Shown: piece by piece, positions 1 to 10,270 of the stretch | Layout: each line of letters opens with the position of its first letter | Position numbering within the stretch: position 1 is the first letter of the stretch | Assembly: GCA_031414955.1 (NCBI GenBank) | Contig: JANOQV010000012.1 | Span: forward strand, 34,750 to 98,749 | DNA from: Pedosphaera sp. | GTDB taxonomy: Bacteria > Verrucomicrobiota > Verrucomicrobiia > Limisphaerales > SIBH01 | DNA: 64,000 bases | Reading direction: 5' to 3' | Program-made: the position numbers and the translations under genes | Notes under the pieces: model-generated | What the model saw: the letters and a program-made list of their open reading frames with translations, nothing else | The model's database searches: none | Told to the model about the DNA's origin: nothing

Positions 1-1
1 C

Positions 2-835
2 GTGGTCATCAACCCGCAGTTCGAGCGCGCGGGCAACTTCGCCTCGGGCCTGGCGGAAGTGCGCCTGGGCAAGTGGGGCTACGTCGCTCCGTCGGGCAAG
101 TTGGTCATCAACCCGCAGTTTGACCAGGCGGCCGGCTTCCAGGGTGGGCTGGCGGTAGTTGAGTTTGGCGACCGATTTGGCTTCATCAATGCCGAGGGCA
201 AGTACGCCATCAACCCTCAGTTCGATGCCGCCGGCCCGTTCTCGGAAAATCGAGCCGCAGTCAAACTCAAGCGCCTGCATGGCTACATCGACAAGACCGG
301 TGGCATCGTGATCAACCCGCAGTTCCAAAGCGCGGAACCGTTCTCCGAGGGGCTGGCAGCCGTGGAATTAGGCGGTCGTTTTGGCTTCATCGATCCGGAG
401 GGCAACATCGTCATCAATCCGCAGTTTGACAAAGCCAGTTCGTTTGCCTACGGACTGGCCGCCTTCAAACTGAATCGGCGCTGGGGCTTCGTCAGCAAGG
501 CCGGCAAGATCGTGATCAACCCGCAGTTCGACGAAGTTGGGCCGTTCGTGAAGGAAGTGGCGCCCGCGCGCCTGGGCAAGTGGGGTTACGTCGACGCGAC
601 GGGCAAGTTCACCATCAACCCGCAGTTTGACGAGGCGGGCGAATTCTCGGAAGGCCTGGCGCGGGTTCGGTTGGCCGGTCGCTGGGGCTTCATTGATCGC
701 AGTGGCAAGTTCGCCATCAACCCCCAATTCGACGAGGCGATGTCCTTTACCGACGGGCTGGCCCGGGTAAAGATCGGCCGCAAGATTGGCTACGTCGATC
801 CCACCGGGAAGTACGTCTGGAATCCGGTGAACTGA
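2..835 (+). CDS. WG (KWG) repeat-containing protein, 5' truncated by window edge
   Basis: About six repeats of F-S-E-G-L-A-x-V...K-W-G-[YF]-I-D-x-x-G-x-x-x-I-N-P-Q-F-D. Confidence 0.9.
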   Translation: MVINPQFERAGNFASGLAEVRLGKWGYVAPSGKLVINPQFDQAAGFQGGLAVVEFGDRFGFINAEGKYAINPQFDAAGPFSENRAAVKLKRLHGYIDKTGGIVINPQFQSAEPFSEGLAAVELGGRFGFIDPEGNIVINPQFDKASSFAYGLAAFKLNRRWGFVSKAGKIVINPQFDEVGPFVKEVAPARLGKWGYVDATGKFTINPQFDEAGEFSEGLARVRLAGRWGFIDRSGKFAINPQFDEAMSFTDGLARVKIGRKIGYVDPTGKYVWNPVN

Positions 836-854
836 GCGCCGAGGCCGTCCCGCC

Positions 855-1475
855 TCAGAACCGCACCATCAACCCGGCGGTGAAGCCCGCATAGGTCACG
901 TCCTTTGTGGCCTGGGTCGGTCCTTGGACTTCGATGGACGAGCCATCGTAGCCAACCTCGATGGCCATGCCGATCTTCTTGCTCCGCCAAAAGTCGACCC
1001 CGACGGCGACCACCGGCCCTACTTGCGAAGACTCCACGTTGCGACCGCCGACGATGGGGTACCGAAAGCCGACGCGCAGGTAGGGTGAGACATCCTTGTC
1101 CCGCAAAAAGGTGTAACGGAGATCGGCTCCGATGGGGACGACATAAGAGACATCGTAGCTGTCCGACGATCCGTCGGAATAGATGGTGCGGTTGTTCAGG
1201 ACAATGACGGTGGCGGGGCCGACATTCAGGCCGACGGCCAGACCGTTGTCGAATTCATAGTAGGGGTTCAGGGAAAGCCCGATAGGCACCACGACATTCT
1301 CTTCAAAACGATAACCCGCCGCCGTGTAGAGATCGTCCAGCGCGGACACGGCATCATTGATGCCAGAGGCATAGGTAATCCCCACCGGGAAGTAGAAGTG
1401 GCCCGCTTGCGCCGCCCCAGGCAGCGCGAGACCGGTGACGAGGGCAAGGAGGCATTTGAGCTGGCGTGTGTTCAT
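855..1475 (-). CDS. Small outer-membrane beta-barrel protein
   Basis: Signal peptide (..AAQA), alternating amphipathic strands, C-terminal Phe (GLMVRF). Confidence 0.7.
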   Translation of the reverse strand: MNTRQLKCLLALVTGLALPGAAQAGHFYFPVGITYASGINDAVSALDDLYTAAGYRFEENVVVPIGLSLNPYYEFDNGLAVGLNVGPATVIVLNNRTIYSDGSSDSYDVSYVVPIGADLRYTFLRDKDVSPYLRVGFRYPIVGGRNVESSQVGPVVAVGVDFWRSKKIGMAIEVGYDGSSIEVQGPTQATKDVTYAGFTAGLMVRF

Positions 1476-1780
1476 GGTGTTTCCTGTGTTTTGCCCTGGG
1501 CAACAGGGCGGTGTGCGTTTGGTCTTTTTTGGGCTTCCTCAAGGCTTTCTGTGCCCATTGCTGGATGTTGCGTAGAGCACGCGCCTGAGGAGTCGCTCGT
1601 TGCTATCCTCCGCTCCGAAGGTTGTCAAACGTCATCTTGTGGATAAATTTCGGCTCGGCGCAGTTTGCACGGCCGCTGCCGTGGGGCGGGATCAAGATCG
1701 GCGCGACGAAGTTGCTCGCCCATTTTTACTCCTTCTCGGTTGCGGCAGTAGCGCCAAGCCATGATACAACTTCGGTTGTC

Positions 1781-3412
1781 ATGCAAAGCACCAGGGTCCA
1801 TTCATCTCGGAGACGCGGCCTCGGATGTTTCACCGGCCTGCTGCTGGCCCTGACGATCCAGGGAGCGGGGACGAAGAAAGAGCCGGGTGAAAAGTTCTTC
1901 ACCGAGCTGATCCCGCGCACGTTTCACTTCGAGATTCCAGAAGCCACGATGGCCCAGCTTCGCCGTTCGCCGCGCACTTATGTTTCAACCACCGTCCGCG
2001 AAGGCGACCGTGTGCTGACCAATGTTGCCGTCCGCGTCAAGGGCATGGGCAGCTTCCGCACCATCGATGAAAAGCCAAGCCTGGTGGTGAAGTTCGATGA
2101 GTTCGCCACCAACCAGCACTACCGCGGCCTACGCAAGCTCATGTTCAACAACTCAGTCCAGGACTCGACCTACCTGGCCGAGTTGCTGGCCACGCAGATG
2201 TTCCGCGACGCCGGCGTGCCGGCGGCGCGCGGCACTCATGCGAGAGTGACCTTGAACGGTCGCGACCTCGGCCTCTTCGTGGTCTTCGAGGCCATGAACA
2301 AGCAGTTCCTCAAGCAGCATTTCCCGAGCGGCAACGGCAACCTGTATGAGACTTACGTCCGCGACATCGACGTGACGATGGAACAGGACGGCGGAAGCGA
2401 CACCTCGCAGTCGGACGTGGCCGCCCTGCTCGCCGCCTGCCGCATCTCCGAACTGGCGGCGCGCTGGCGGGAATTGCAGAAGGTGCTCGATGTGGATCGA
2501 TTCATCTCGTTCGCGGCGATGGAGGTTCTCACCAGCCATTGGGATGGCTACGTGATGCACACCAACAACTTCCGGCTCTACCACGATCCAGTGACCGACA
2601 AGTTCGCCTTCATCACGCACGGCATCGACTGGGCCTTTCGCCGACCGAACATCTCCATCCATCCACCGCCGAAAAGTCTGGTGGGCCGGGCCGTGCTGGA
2701 AACGCCGGAAGGTCAACGGCTCTTCCGCGAACGCCTCGGCACGCTCTTCACCAATTACTTTCGTGGGCCGGTGATCACCAACCGCCTCGAACAGGCGCTG
2801 GCGAAAATCCGCCGGGCCAACTTAAACGCCAGCGACCTGGAGAAGATCGAACGTCGCGCCATCTGGTTGCGGCAACAGATTGAAGCCCGCGCCGCCAAGG
2901 TCAGCGAGCAACTGCGCGGAATCCCGTTGGCGCCGATGAAGTTCGGGCCGGACGGCACCGTGAGCCTGAGCGAAACCAATCGCTGGCGCGACGAGCCGGA
3001 TCGCGGTGACGCGCGGATGGACCGCGGGAAGGTGGACGGGCACAACGCACTGCACATCGCGGCGCGCAACGAGCGCACGCGCGCCTCGTGGCGGGCGCAG
3101 GTTTATCTGGCGCGGGGCTGGTATCGCTTTGAAGGTTTGGCGCGCACGGAAACTTTGAGCGGCGGCTCGGTGCGCCTGCGCATCTCAGGCGACACCCGCA
3201 GCGTCGGCATCGCGGATACGCGTGGCAGTTGGCGTCCGCTGACCCATGACTTCGAAGTGGTGGACACCGGCATGGACATCGAGTTCGTCTGCGAACTGAC
3301 CGCGATGCAAGGCGAGGTGTGGTTCGACATCGATTCGCTCAAGGTTCGGAAGTTGAACGCTGACGAAGCGCGCCCGGCCAACAATCTCCGCCGGACTATT
3401 TTGGAACAGTGA
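1781..3412 (+). CDS. CotH kinase family protein with C-terminal beta-sandwich domain
   Basis: VRVKGMGSFR, KPSL..KFD, GNLYE, HWDGY, NNFRLY and I-D-W-A-F motifs; ATG 1781 precedes a signal peptide. Confidence 0.85.
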   Translation: MQSTRVHSSRRRGLGCFTGLLLALTIQGAGTKKEPGEKFFTELIPRTFHFEIPEATMAQLRRSPRTYVSTTVREGDRVLTNVAVRVKGMGSFRTIDEKPSLVVKFDEFATNQHYRGLRKLMFNNSVQDSTYLAELLATQMFRDAGVPAARGTHARVTLNGRDLGLFVVFEAMNKQFLKQHFPSGNGNLYETYVRDIDVTMEQDGGSDTSQSDVAALLAACRISELAARWRELQKVLDVDRFISFAAMEVLTSHWDGYVMHTNNFRLYHDPVTDKFAFITHGIDWAFRRPNISIHPPPKSLVGRAVLETPEGQRLFRERLGTLFTNYFRGPVITNRLEQALAKIRRANLNASDLEKIERRAIWLRQQIEARAAKVSEQLRGIPLAPMKFGPDGTVSLSETNRWRDEPDRGDARMDRGKVDGHNALHIAARNERTRASWRAQVYLARGWYRFEGLARTETLSGGSVRLRISGDTRSVGIADTRGSWRPLTHDFEVVDTGMDIEFVCELTAMQGEVWFDIDSLKVRKLNADEARPANNLRRTILEQ

Positions 3413-3433
3413 ACTGCACCGACGCTCCGTGCG

Positions 3434-6298
3434 CTACGCCAGCACGTCCGCCAGGAATCGACCAGTGTGCGAGCCTTTGGTCCGCGCCACCTGCTCCGGC
3501 GTGCCCTGCGCCACCAGCGTGCCGCCGGCTTCGCCCGCCTCGGGACCGAGATCGATCACCCAGTCGGCCTCGGCGATGAGGTCGAGGTTATGCTCGATGA
3601 CGATGACGGAGTGTCCGGCCTCGACGAGCCGCTGAATCATTTCCACCAATCGCCGCACATCGGCCATGTGCAATCCGATGGTGGGTTCCTCGAGGATGAA
3701 CAGGTTGCGCTTCTGCTTGGGGTCGAACAGCGTGGGTTGCCTGAGTCCGGTGAGCAGATGCGTGACGAGCTTGACCCGCTGCGCCTCACCACCGCTCAAG
3801 GTCGGGCTGGTCTGGCCGAGTTGGAGGTAGCCCAACCCCGTGTCGCGCAACGCCTCGATGGGCCGTTTGATTTTCGGGAAGCTCGCGAAGAACTCGATGG
3901 CTTCCTCGACCGCCAGATCCAGCACCTGCGCGATGTTCCGGCCCTTGTATTCGATGTCGAGGGTCTCGCGATTGAACCGGCTCCCGCCGCACGTCTCGCA
4001 ACGCACGTAAGCCGGCGGCAGGAAGTTCATCTCCAGCTTGATCTGGCCCGCGCCCTCGCATTCGGGGCAACGACCCTGCGCGCTGTTGAAGGAAAATCTT
4101 CCCGGCCCGTAGCCGCGCATCCGGGCCTCGGGCGTCTGGGCGAAGAGCGCGCGGATGTCGTCGAAGAAACCGACATAGGTCGCCGGCGTGGAGCGTGGCG
4201 TGCGTCCGATGGGCGATTGATCGACTTCATAGACTGCGGCGATTTGCTCGTGACCAGAAACAATCTCGCCCGAAGGCGGCCCGACCTTGGACGCTCGCTC
4301 GCGCTTTATCGGAGTTGGACCTTGGCCCTTGGACCGCTTCAGCTTCCCCAGGAGCGTGGGCAACAAACACTCCCGGATAAGCGTGCTCTTGCCCGAGCCG
4401 CTCACGCCGGTCACCACCACGAAGCGATTCAGGGGAAACTCGACGGTGAGGTTTTTGAGATTGTGAACGGACGCGCCGCGCAGCACCAACGTGCCCCCGG
4501 CGTCCCGCCGGGTCGGGGCGCTCTCCGTCCGGGCAGTCCTCCTGGGCTTGAGCACGGAACCCGGCGGGACGCCGGGGGCACGTTGCACTGACCGCCTCTC
4601 CCCGCGCGCCGGATACTGCTTATGTTCCCGCAGGCAGCGCCCCGTGATGGAGTCCTCTTGCCGCAACAACTCGGCCAGCGTTCCAGCCGCGACAACCACG
4701 CCGCCTTGCACGCCGGCACCGGGGCCAAGGTCCACGATGAAATCCGCGCGACGCATGGTCGCTTCATCATGTTCGACGACCACGAGCGAATTGCCGCGCG
4801 CCCGCAACTGCTCCAGGGTGGCGATAAGCTGCTCATTGTCGCGCGCGTGCAGGCCGATGGTCGGCTCGTCGAGCACGTAGAGCACGCCGCAGAGGTTGGA
4901 ACCAAGCTGGGCCGCAAGCCGGATGCGCTGGGCTTCCCCGCTGGAGAGCGTGGTCACGCTGCGACCCAGTTGCAGATAACCCAGACCCACTTCGAACAGA
5001 AACTTCAGCCGCTCGGAAATTTCCGGAATCATGTCGCGAGCGATGAGCGCCTCGCGTCCGCTGAACTGGAGCGTGCGGAAAAACTGCGCGGCCTGCGCCA
5101 CCGACAGTTGAGCGACCGAATCGATAGTGGGCGGCTTTGGACCTTGGACGCTCGCTCGCGATTTATCGGAGTTGGACCTTGGACCCACACAATCAAGCCG
5201 CACCGCGCGCGCGATCTCGTTCAGCCGCCCGCCGTGGCACGTCGGGCACTCCTCGCGCTTGCCTTCCTGCCATCCAAACCATGACTCCTCGATGGCATCG
5301 GCCCGCGCGCCCCGCTCCACGTCTGGGAGGTAGAACAACTCGCCAAAGCCGCGGCATTGGGGACACCAGCCCTGCGACGAGTTGTAGCTGAACATCTTCG
5401 GGTCGAGCGGCTGAAAGGAGCGCCCGCACTGACCGCAGGCGCGCTCGGTCGAATGCACGCTCACATGCTGCTGGTCGTCCACCGCGAGCAAAGTGCCGTG
5501 GCCGAGGTCGAGCGTGGTGTCGATAAGTTGTTGCGGGGTGCGCTGGCCGGGCGCGGTGTTCTCACCGCGCCGGGCGGCGGACGACGTTCGCGGCGCGCTG
5601 AGGACAGCGCGCCCTACCTTGCGAGGTTTTGCTTCCAGCACCCCGGTCACGATCTCCACATCGTGCTCCTTGAAACGGTCGAGACGCAAAGGCTTGTCGG
5701 TGCGGACCAGTTTTCCGTCGGCGCGAACTTCGGCGTAGCCGTGCTTCGCGGCCCACTCGGCGACGTCGGTATGGAAGCCCTTGCGGTTCTTGACCACGGG
5801 CGCGAGCAGCAGCAAATCACCGCGTTGCTTCATCTCCTTTTGCAACTGCGCCCGCAACTGGTCCCGGGTCTGCGGCTCCACCGGAATCTGGCAGGCCGGA
5901 CAATACTGAGTGCCGAGCCGGGCCATGAGCAGGCGAATGAAATGATAAACCTCGGTGACGGTGGCGACCGTGCTCTTGCCGCCGCCGCGCGTGGTGCGCT
6001 GCTCGATGCTGACCGCGGGCGGGAGGCCGGTGATGAGATCCACATCCGGCCGCGCCATCTGTTCCACAAACTGCCGCGCGTAGGCGTTCATGGAATCGAG
6101 AAAGCGCCGCTGCCCTTCGGCGAACAGCAAGTCGAAGGCGAGCGTGCTTTTGCCCGAGCCGCTTACGCCGGTGATGACGACAAACTTCCCGCGCGGGATG
6201 TCGAGCGAGATGTTCTTCAAGTTATGCTGGCGCGCGCCCAGGATGCGGATGACATCCGGGCTGGCAACGAGAGTCAGAGGCGTGGGCGCGACGTTCAC
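3434..6298 (-). CDS. uvrA: Excinuclease ABC subunit A (UvrA family); start uncertain
   Basis: GARQHNLKN, two GVSGSGKS Walker A motifs, CxxC zinc motifs, LS[SG]GEAQR signatures, DEPTIGLH/EEPTIGLH. Confidence 0.92.
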   Translation of the reverse strand: MNVAPTPLTLVASPDVIRILGARQHNLKNISLDIPRGKFVVITGVSGSGKSTLAFDLLFAEGQRRFLDSMNAYARQFVEQMARPDVDLITGLPPAVSIEQRTTRGGGKSTVATVTEVYHFIRLLMARLGTQYCPACQIPVEPQTRDQLRAQLQKEMKQRGDLLLLAPVVKNRKGFHTDVAEWAAKHGYAEVRADGKLVRTDKPLRLDRFKEHDVEIVTGVLEAKPRKVGRAVLSAPRTSSAARRGENTAPGQRTPQQLIDTTLDLGHGTLLAVDDQQHVSVHSTERACGQCGRSFQPLDPKMFSYNSSQGWCPQCRGFGELFYLPDVERGARADAIEESWFGWQEGKREECPTCHGGRLNEIARAVRLDCVGPRSNSDKSRASVQGPKPPTIDSVAQLSVAQAAQFFRTLQFSGREALIARDMIPEISERLKFLFEVGLGYLQLGRSVTTLSSGEAQRIRLAAQLGSNLCGVLYVLDEPTIGLHARDNEQLIATLEQLRARGNSLVVVEHDEATMRRADFIVDLGPGAGVQGGVVVAAGTLAELLRQEDSITGRCLREHKQYPARGERRSVQRAPGVPPGSVLKPRRTARTESAPTRRDAGGTLVLRGASVHNLKNLTVEFPLNRFVVVTGVSGSGKSTLIRECLLPTLLGKLKRSKGQGPTPIKRERASKVGPPSGEIVSGHEQIAAVYEVDQSPIGRTPRSTPATYVGFFDDIRALFAQTPEARMRGYGPGRFSFNSAQGRCPECEGAGQIKLEMNFLPPAYVRCETCGGSRFNRETLDIEYKGRNIAQVLDLAVEEAIEFFASFPKIKRPIEALRDTGLGYLQLGQTSPTLSGGEAQRVKLVTHLLTGLRQPTLFDPKQKRNLFILEEPTIGLHMADVRRLVEMIQRLVEAGHSVIVIEHNLDLIAEADWVIDLGPEAGEAGGTLVAQGTPEQVARTKGSHTGRFLADVLA

Positions 6299-6452
6299 GG
6301 CGGGAGGAGTAACATGAGTCGGTCGAAACGCCAAAATTGAAACCCCGCCTCCATGAATGCAGGCCGGCCCAGGCACCCACGCCGCCGGCCCATTTTGGCT
6401 CGGGAGAACTATTTGATGTTTGGCGGGCGGTGTTTGGTGTTTATTCCGAGCG

Positions 6453-7319
6453 ATGTATTCGGCCAACTTCAAAGACGCCGCACTGGTCTTGATTGGGCAC
6501 GGCTCAACGCTCAACGCCGATTCGGCCGCGCCGACCCATCAACACGCGGACGAGCTGCGGCGGCGGGGCGTGTTCGGTCAAGTTCGCGTGGCTTTCTGGA
6601 AGCAGGAGCCGGCCATCCGCACGGTTTTGGACGGCCTGCAGACGCGACGGGTTTTCATCGTGCCGTTGTTCATCAGCGAGGGCTACTTCACTCAGGAGGT
6701 GATTCCCCGCGAGCTGGAGTTGTTGGTCCAAGGTCCAAAGTCCGAGGTCCAAAGCCTGGAGAGGGTGCAGCGGCGTGGCGCGCAGACGATCTATTACTGC
6801 GGCCCCGTCGGCACGCACGACAGCATGACGGAGGTGTTGCTGGCCCGCGCGTGCGAGGTCGTGGAACGGTTTCCCGCCGGCCCTGCACCCGCTCCGTCTG
6901 ACACCACGCTTTTCATCGCCGGTCATGGCACGGGCAACAACGAGAACTCGCGCCGGGCCATTGAGCGACAGGCGGAACTAATCCGTGCGCGGAAGATTTA
7001 CGCCGAGGTCCACGCCGTCTTCATGGAGGAGGAACCGCGCATTGAGACGTGTTACGCGATGGCCCGCTCCCGGAATATCGTCATGGTGCCGCTCTTCGTC
7101 AGCGATGGGCTGCACTCCCAGGAGGACATCCCGGTGCTGCTCGGCGCGTCGCCTGCAGTCGTCAAAGAGCGGATGCGGCTGGGTCAGCCGACCTGGCACA
7201 ACCCGACCGAGATGCAGGGCAAACTCGTCTGGTACGCGCGCAGCATCGGCAGCGAACCGCACCTGGCCGACGTCATTCTGGAGCGTGTGCAGGAGCAGGT
7301 GGTCGCGGCGGTCGATTAG
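6453..7319 (+). CDS. cbiX: CbiX/SirB family sirohydrochlorin chelatase (two-domain)
   Basis: LVLIGHGS, VPLFISEGY, second domain FIAGHGT and VPLFVSDGLHSQEDIP. Confidence 0.8.
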   Translation: MYSANFKDAALVLIGHGSTLNADSAAPTHQHADELRRRGVFGQVRVAFWKQEPAIRTVLDGLQTRRVFIVPLFISEGYFTQEVIPRELELLVQGPKSEVQSLERVQRRGAQTIYYCGPVGTHDSMTEVLLARACEVVERFPAGPAPAPSDTTLFIAGHGTGNNENSRRAIERQAELIRARKIYAEVHAVFMEEEPRIETCYAMARSRNIVMVPLFVSDGLHSQEDIPVLLGASPAVVKERMRLGQPTWHNPTEMQGKLVWYARSIGSEPHLADVILERVQEQVVAAVD

Positions 7320-7349
7320 ATCTGGCGGAGAGGCGCGGCTCAACCGCCC

Positions 7350-8153
7350 TCAAGACGGCGCGAAAAGCCGCTCGAACTGGAAGATCAGTTCGAGTCCGGT
7401 GACGAAAAGAAAGGCGAAGACCACGCGCATGAAAGCCCGTTCGGAAATTCTCCGGTTCATCCACACCCCGAGCCACACGCCGAGCGGGACGAGCGGGAAG
7501 AAAATCAGACTCGTGAGCAACGTCTCGCGGGTGATCAGCGCGCGGGCCGCAAAAACGGGCAGGTTAATCTGTGTCTGATCCAGGCAGAAGAAGGGCATCT
7601 TAAGCCAGTTCACGAAGGTGAAGATGAGCACATTGGTGGCGACGAAGGTTTCCTTGGGCAGCCGTTGCGGGATGAGAAACATGCTGATGATCGGCCCGGC
7701 CCCGTGGGCGAAGGTCGAGGTGATGCCAGTGGCCAGTCCGATCGGGACGCCCACGCGGTGATTCGGCGCGAAGGCGCCTTCGGCCCGGAAGATTCTCTCC
7801 TTCATCAGTTGAAAGAGCACGAAGGCCACGGCAATGCCGCCGATGGCAATGTTGAGCTGCCGGTGGTTAAACTGCCCGATGAGTTGCACGCCGATCACGA
7901 TGCCCACGATCACGCCGGGGAGGACAAACTTCAGATTTCGCGCCTCCCACTTGCGCCAGTAGTTCCAGAGGGAGAAGGCATCGCCGGCACAGAGCAGCGG
8001 GAGGATGACGCCGATGGCGTCCTTCGAGCCGAAAGTGAGCACAGCCAGCGGAGTGGTGAGCAGGCCCAACCCGCCGCCGAAGCCAGCCTTGGAGATGCCG
8101 ATGAAGAGCACGGCCACGATGGCAAACGCAAGCTTGGGTGAAATTTCCGGCAC
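7350..8153 (-). CDS. Sulfite exporter TauE/SafE (TSUP) family membrane protein
   Basis: GISKAGFGGG, STFAHGAGP, FVAT..NWLKMP, about 8 hydrophobic segments; GTG start at 8153 inferred. Confidence 0.85.
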   Translation of the reverse strand: MPEISPKLAFAIVAVLFIGISKAGFGGGLGLLTTPLAVLTFGSKDAIGVILPLLCAGDAFSLWNYWRKWEARNLKFVLPGVIVGIVIGVQLIGQFNHRQLNIAIGGIAVAFVLFQLMKERIFRAEGAFAPNHRVGVPIGLATGITSTFAHGAGPIISMFLIPQRLPKETFVATNVLIFTFVNWLKMPFFCLDQTQINLPVFAARALITRETLLTSLIFFPLVPLGVWLGVWMNRRISERAFMRVVFAFLFVTGLELIFQFERLFAPS

Positions 8154-8299
8154 GACGGCGCGGACTAAACACCAAATCCGAAACATCAGACACCAAATAA
8201 ATTCCTGGCGACAAAGCGCCCTGGCGAGCACGGCGCAGCTCCGTGGTGCAGCTTTTCGCAGCGCGACCATGGCCAGGATGGAGGACCAAGGCGGGCGAC

Positions 8300-9631
8300 T
8301 CAGGGCGCGATCCAGAGGCCGAAGGGCGCGTATTTGGAAACCCCGCCAATCTGCACCTGGGCGAACAAGCGCACCAGGCCCGGCTGGGGCGGAAAGAACT
8401 GGAACTCAAGCTCCGGTCCACCGCGCGCCGCCGGATCCGAAACCAGCCCACCTTTCGGGTGCAGATGCAGCACCGTCTTGCGGTCTTCGTGGAAACCAAC
8501 CAGATGCACAAAGGCGTTCATCAACGGCTCCAGCCGGGTGAAAGGTTTTCCGTCCGCGCCCGTCAGGCGCAGTTTCCCGACCACCGGACGGCCGCTGCGC
8601 AACTTCTCCGTGGCGAAGGTCAGCTCAAAGAGCATGCCTTCCACCAGCACGCGGTTGGTGACCGTTCGATCGGAGAGCGGAGCCTCGGACGTCGTCGCGG
8701 AAATGGTGGTGGTGAGATATTGCTGCAGCCCCAGGGGCCGCGGACGGACATCCACCCAGGCGAGATAGCGCCCTGGTCTTTGCGGAGTGAACGAGAACGG
8801 ATACTCGCCCGGCACCCGGCTGACCTGCGGATGGAGGTGGTGATAATCGGTCAGAGTCGAATCGATGAGGAGCAAGTGGATGCGCTCCGTGTGCGCCACA
8901 ATCAGGTCCGGCGGATACACCGCTGAACCGTCCAGTTTGTTCAGATCGAGAAACCCTTTGGCCGGCTGGCCAGGCACAAGCGGCTGGTCGGTGTGAATCT
9001 TCGCCGTCATGGAGGGCCGCGCCGGAGTGGGCAGTCCGCAGAACTCGGGCAGGATGCGCACGCGCTGATCGAGCAGGGCACCACACTTGGGACAGGTGTC
9101 GGCGCGCTGGCCGCGAATGTCCCGGTGCGAGGGACACATCCAGTGCGAAGCCGCCGTCTCGGCGTCAGCCACGGCCGAGGGGTTGAAACAGCCCTTGATG
9201 CGGCCCAGCGTTTCAAGAATCAGCCGGAGTTTCTCCTCCGCGACCGCCTGTTGCTGCAAATCCCCCGCGAGATGCAGCGCGGCCACGCCCTGCGCCAAGG
9301 TTTCCACATCCGCGCGAAAGGCCACGCGCCGTTCCTCGTCGATGCGCCGGGCCTGTTGCTGAATCGCCACCAGGCTCGCGGCCAGCACCATGTCCTCGCT
9401 GTGAATCGACGCGAGATCCTTCGACTGCACGGTCTCCTCCAGATGGCTCACCACCTGCAAGAGCATCCCCAGCGCCTCGGTGGAACTGGCGAAATAGTTG
9501 GTCCCATCGACACGGGCAGACTCCGTTCCCTCCGCCCCGGCGACGGGCCGGGCCAAAGTCGCCAGCCCGAGGCTGACGGAAGCGAGCAGGCTCGCGCTGA
9601 AACAGAGGCTCAAACTGCGGTTCATAATCAT
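8300..9631 (-). CDS. Exported heavy-metal-binding domain protein
   Basis: Signal peptide; WMCPSH...CPKCG metal-binding motif; paired His motifs (HTERIHL, YHHLHP, VHLV, LHLHP). Confidence 0.75.
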   Translation of the reverse strand: MIMNRSLSLCFSASLLASVSLGLATLARPVAGAEGTESARVDGTNYFASSTEALGMLLQVVSHLEETVQSKDLASIHSEDMVLAASLVAIQQQARRIDEERRVAFRADVETLAQGVAALHLAGDLQQQAVAEEKLRLILETLGRIKGCFNPSAVADAETAASHWMCPSHRDIRGQRADTCPKCGALLDQRVRILPEFCGLPTPARPSMTAKIHTDQPLVPGQPAKGFLDLNKLDGSAVYPPDLIVAHTERIHLLLIDSTLTDYHHLHPQVSRVPGEYPFSFTPQRPGRYLAWVDVRPRPLGLQQYLTTTISATTSEAPLSDRTVTNRVLVEGMLFELTFATEKLRSGRPVVGKLRLTGADGKPFTRLEPLMNAFVHLVGFHEDRKTVLHLHPKGGLVSDPAARGGPELEFQFFPPQPGLVRLFAQVQIGGVSKYAPFGLWIAP

Positions 9632-9751
9632 CTCCGGCGCGAGAAGCTATCGGCACGAACCCGCCTCCGGTCAACCCTGCGCAAGACGGTGGTGGTTTTA
9701 TCCCTACAGGATTTTCCCTGGGCAGCCGATGTGGGGGAAGGAAAACAGTTC

Positions 9752-10162
9752 ATGAACACCAAGAACATTTTAGTGCTGGAAGACGCGGCTTTAATTCGCA
9801 ACCTCGTGCATGGTCGCCTGGAGGCCGAGGGTTATCAGGTCACCTCGGCCAGCATGGTCTCGGAAGCCTTGCATGAAATCCGCGCCCGGATGCCGGACCT
9901 GATCATTCTCGACCTGGGCCTGGAGGATGACGATCCCTTCGCCGCCCTGACTGACGGGTTCGCTTTTCTCGGCATGCTGCGCCGCAGTTACCCTGGCTCG
10001 GACACCTCGGTCATCATTTACTCGGTGAGTTACTCGCCGGAGATTGAGGTGCGCGCCAAAACGCTGGGCGTGCTCGAGGTCATCGAGAAAAAGCGCGGGA
10101 TGACCGCCTTGCTCGGCGCGGTGCGGAAGGCTTTCGAGCGCCGAGAAGAACAGGCGGCTTAA
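9752..10162 (+). CDS. Single-domain response regulator (receiver only)
   Basis: ILVLED, PDLIILDLGL, DGF, conserved Ser and Lys positions. Confidence 0.85.
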   Translation: MNTKNILVLEDAALIRNLVHGRLEAEGYQVTSASMVSEALHEIRARMPDLIILDLGLEDDDPFAALTDGFAFLGMLRRSYPGSDTSVIIYSVSYSPEIEVRAKTLGVLEVIEKKRGMTALLGAVRKAFERREEQAA

Positions 10163-10270
10163 CCCGCCTGCGGGGAGGGCCCGCCGGAAGGCCGGACCTG
10201 CACCCAGCCAACGATGGACTTGGTGGCACCGATCCGCCGAAGGCGAGGCCGTTCGCTCGTCTGGATTCTC

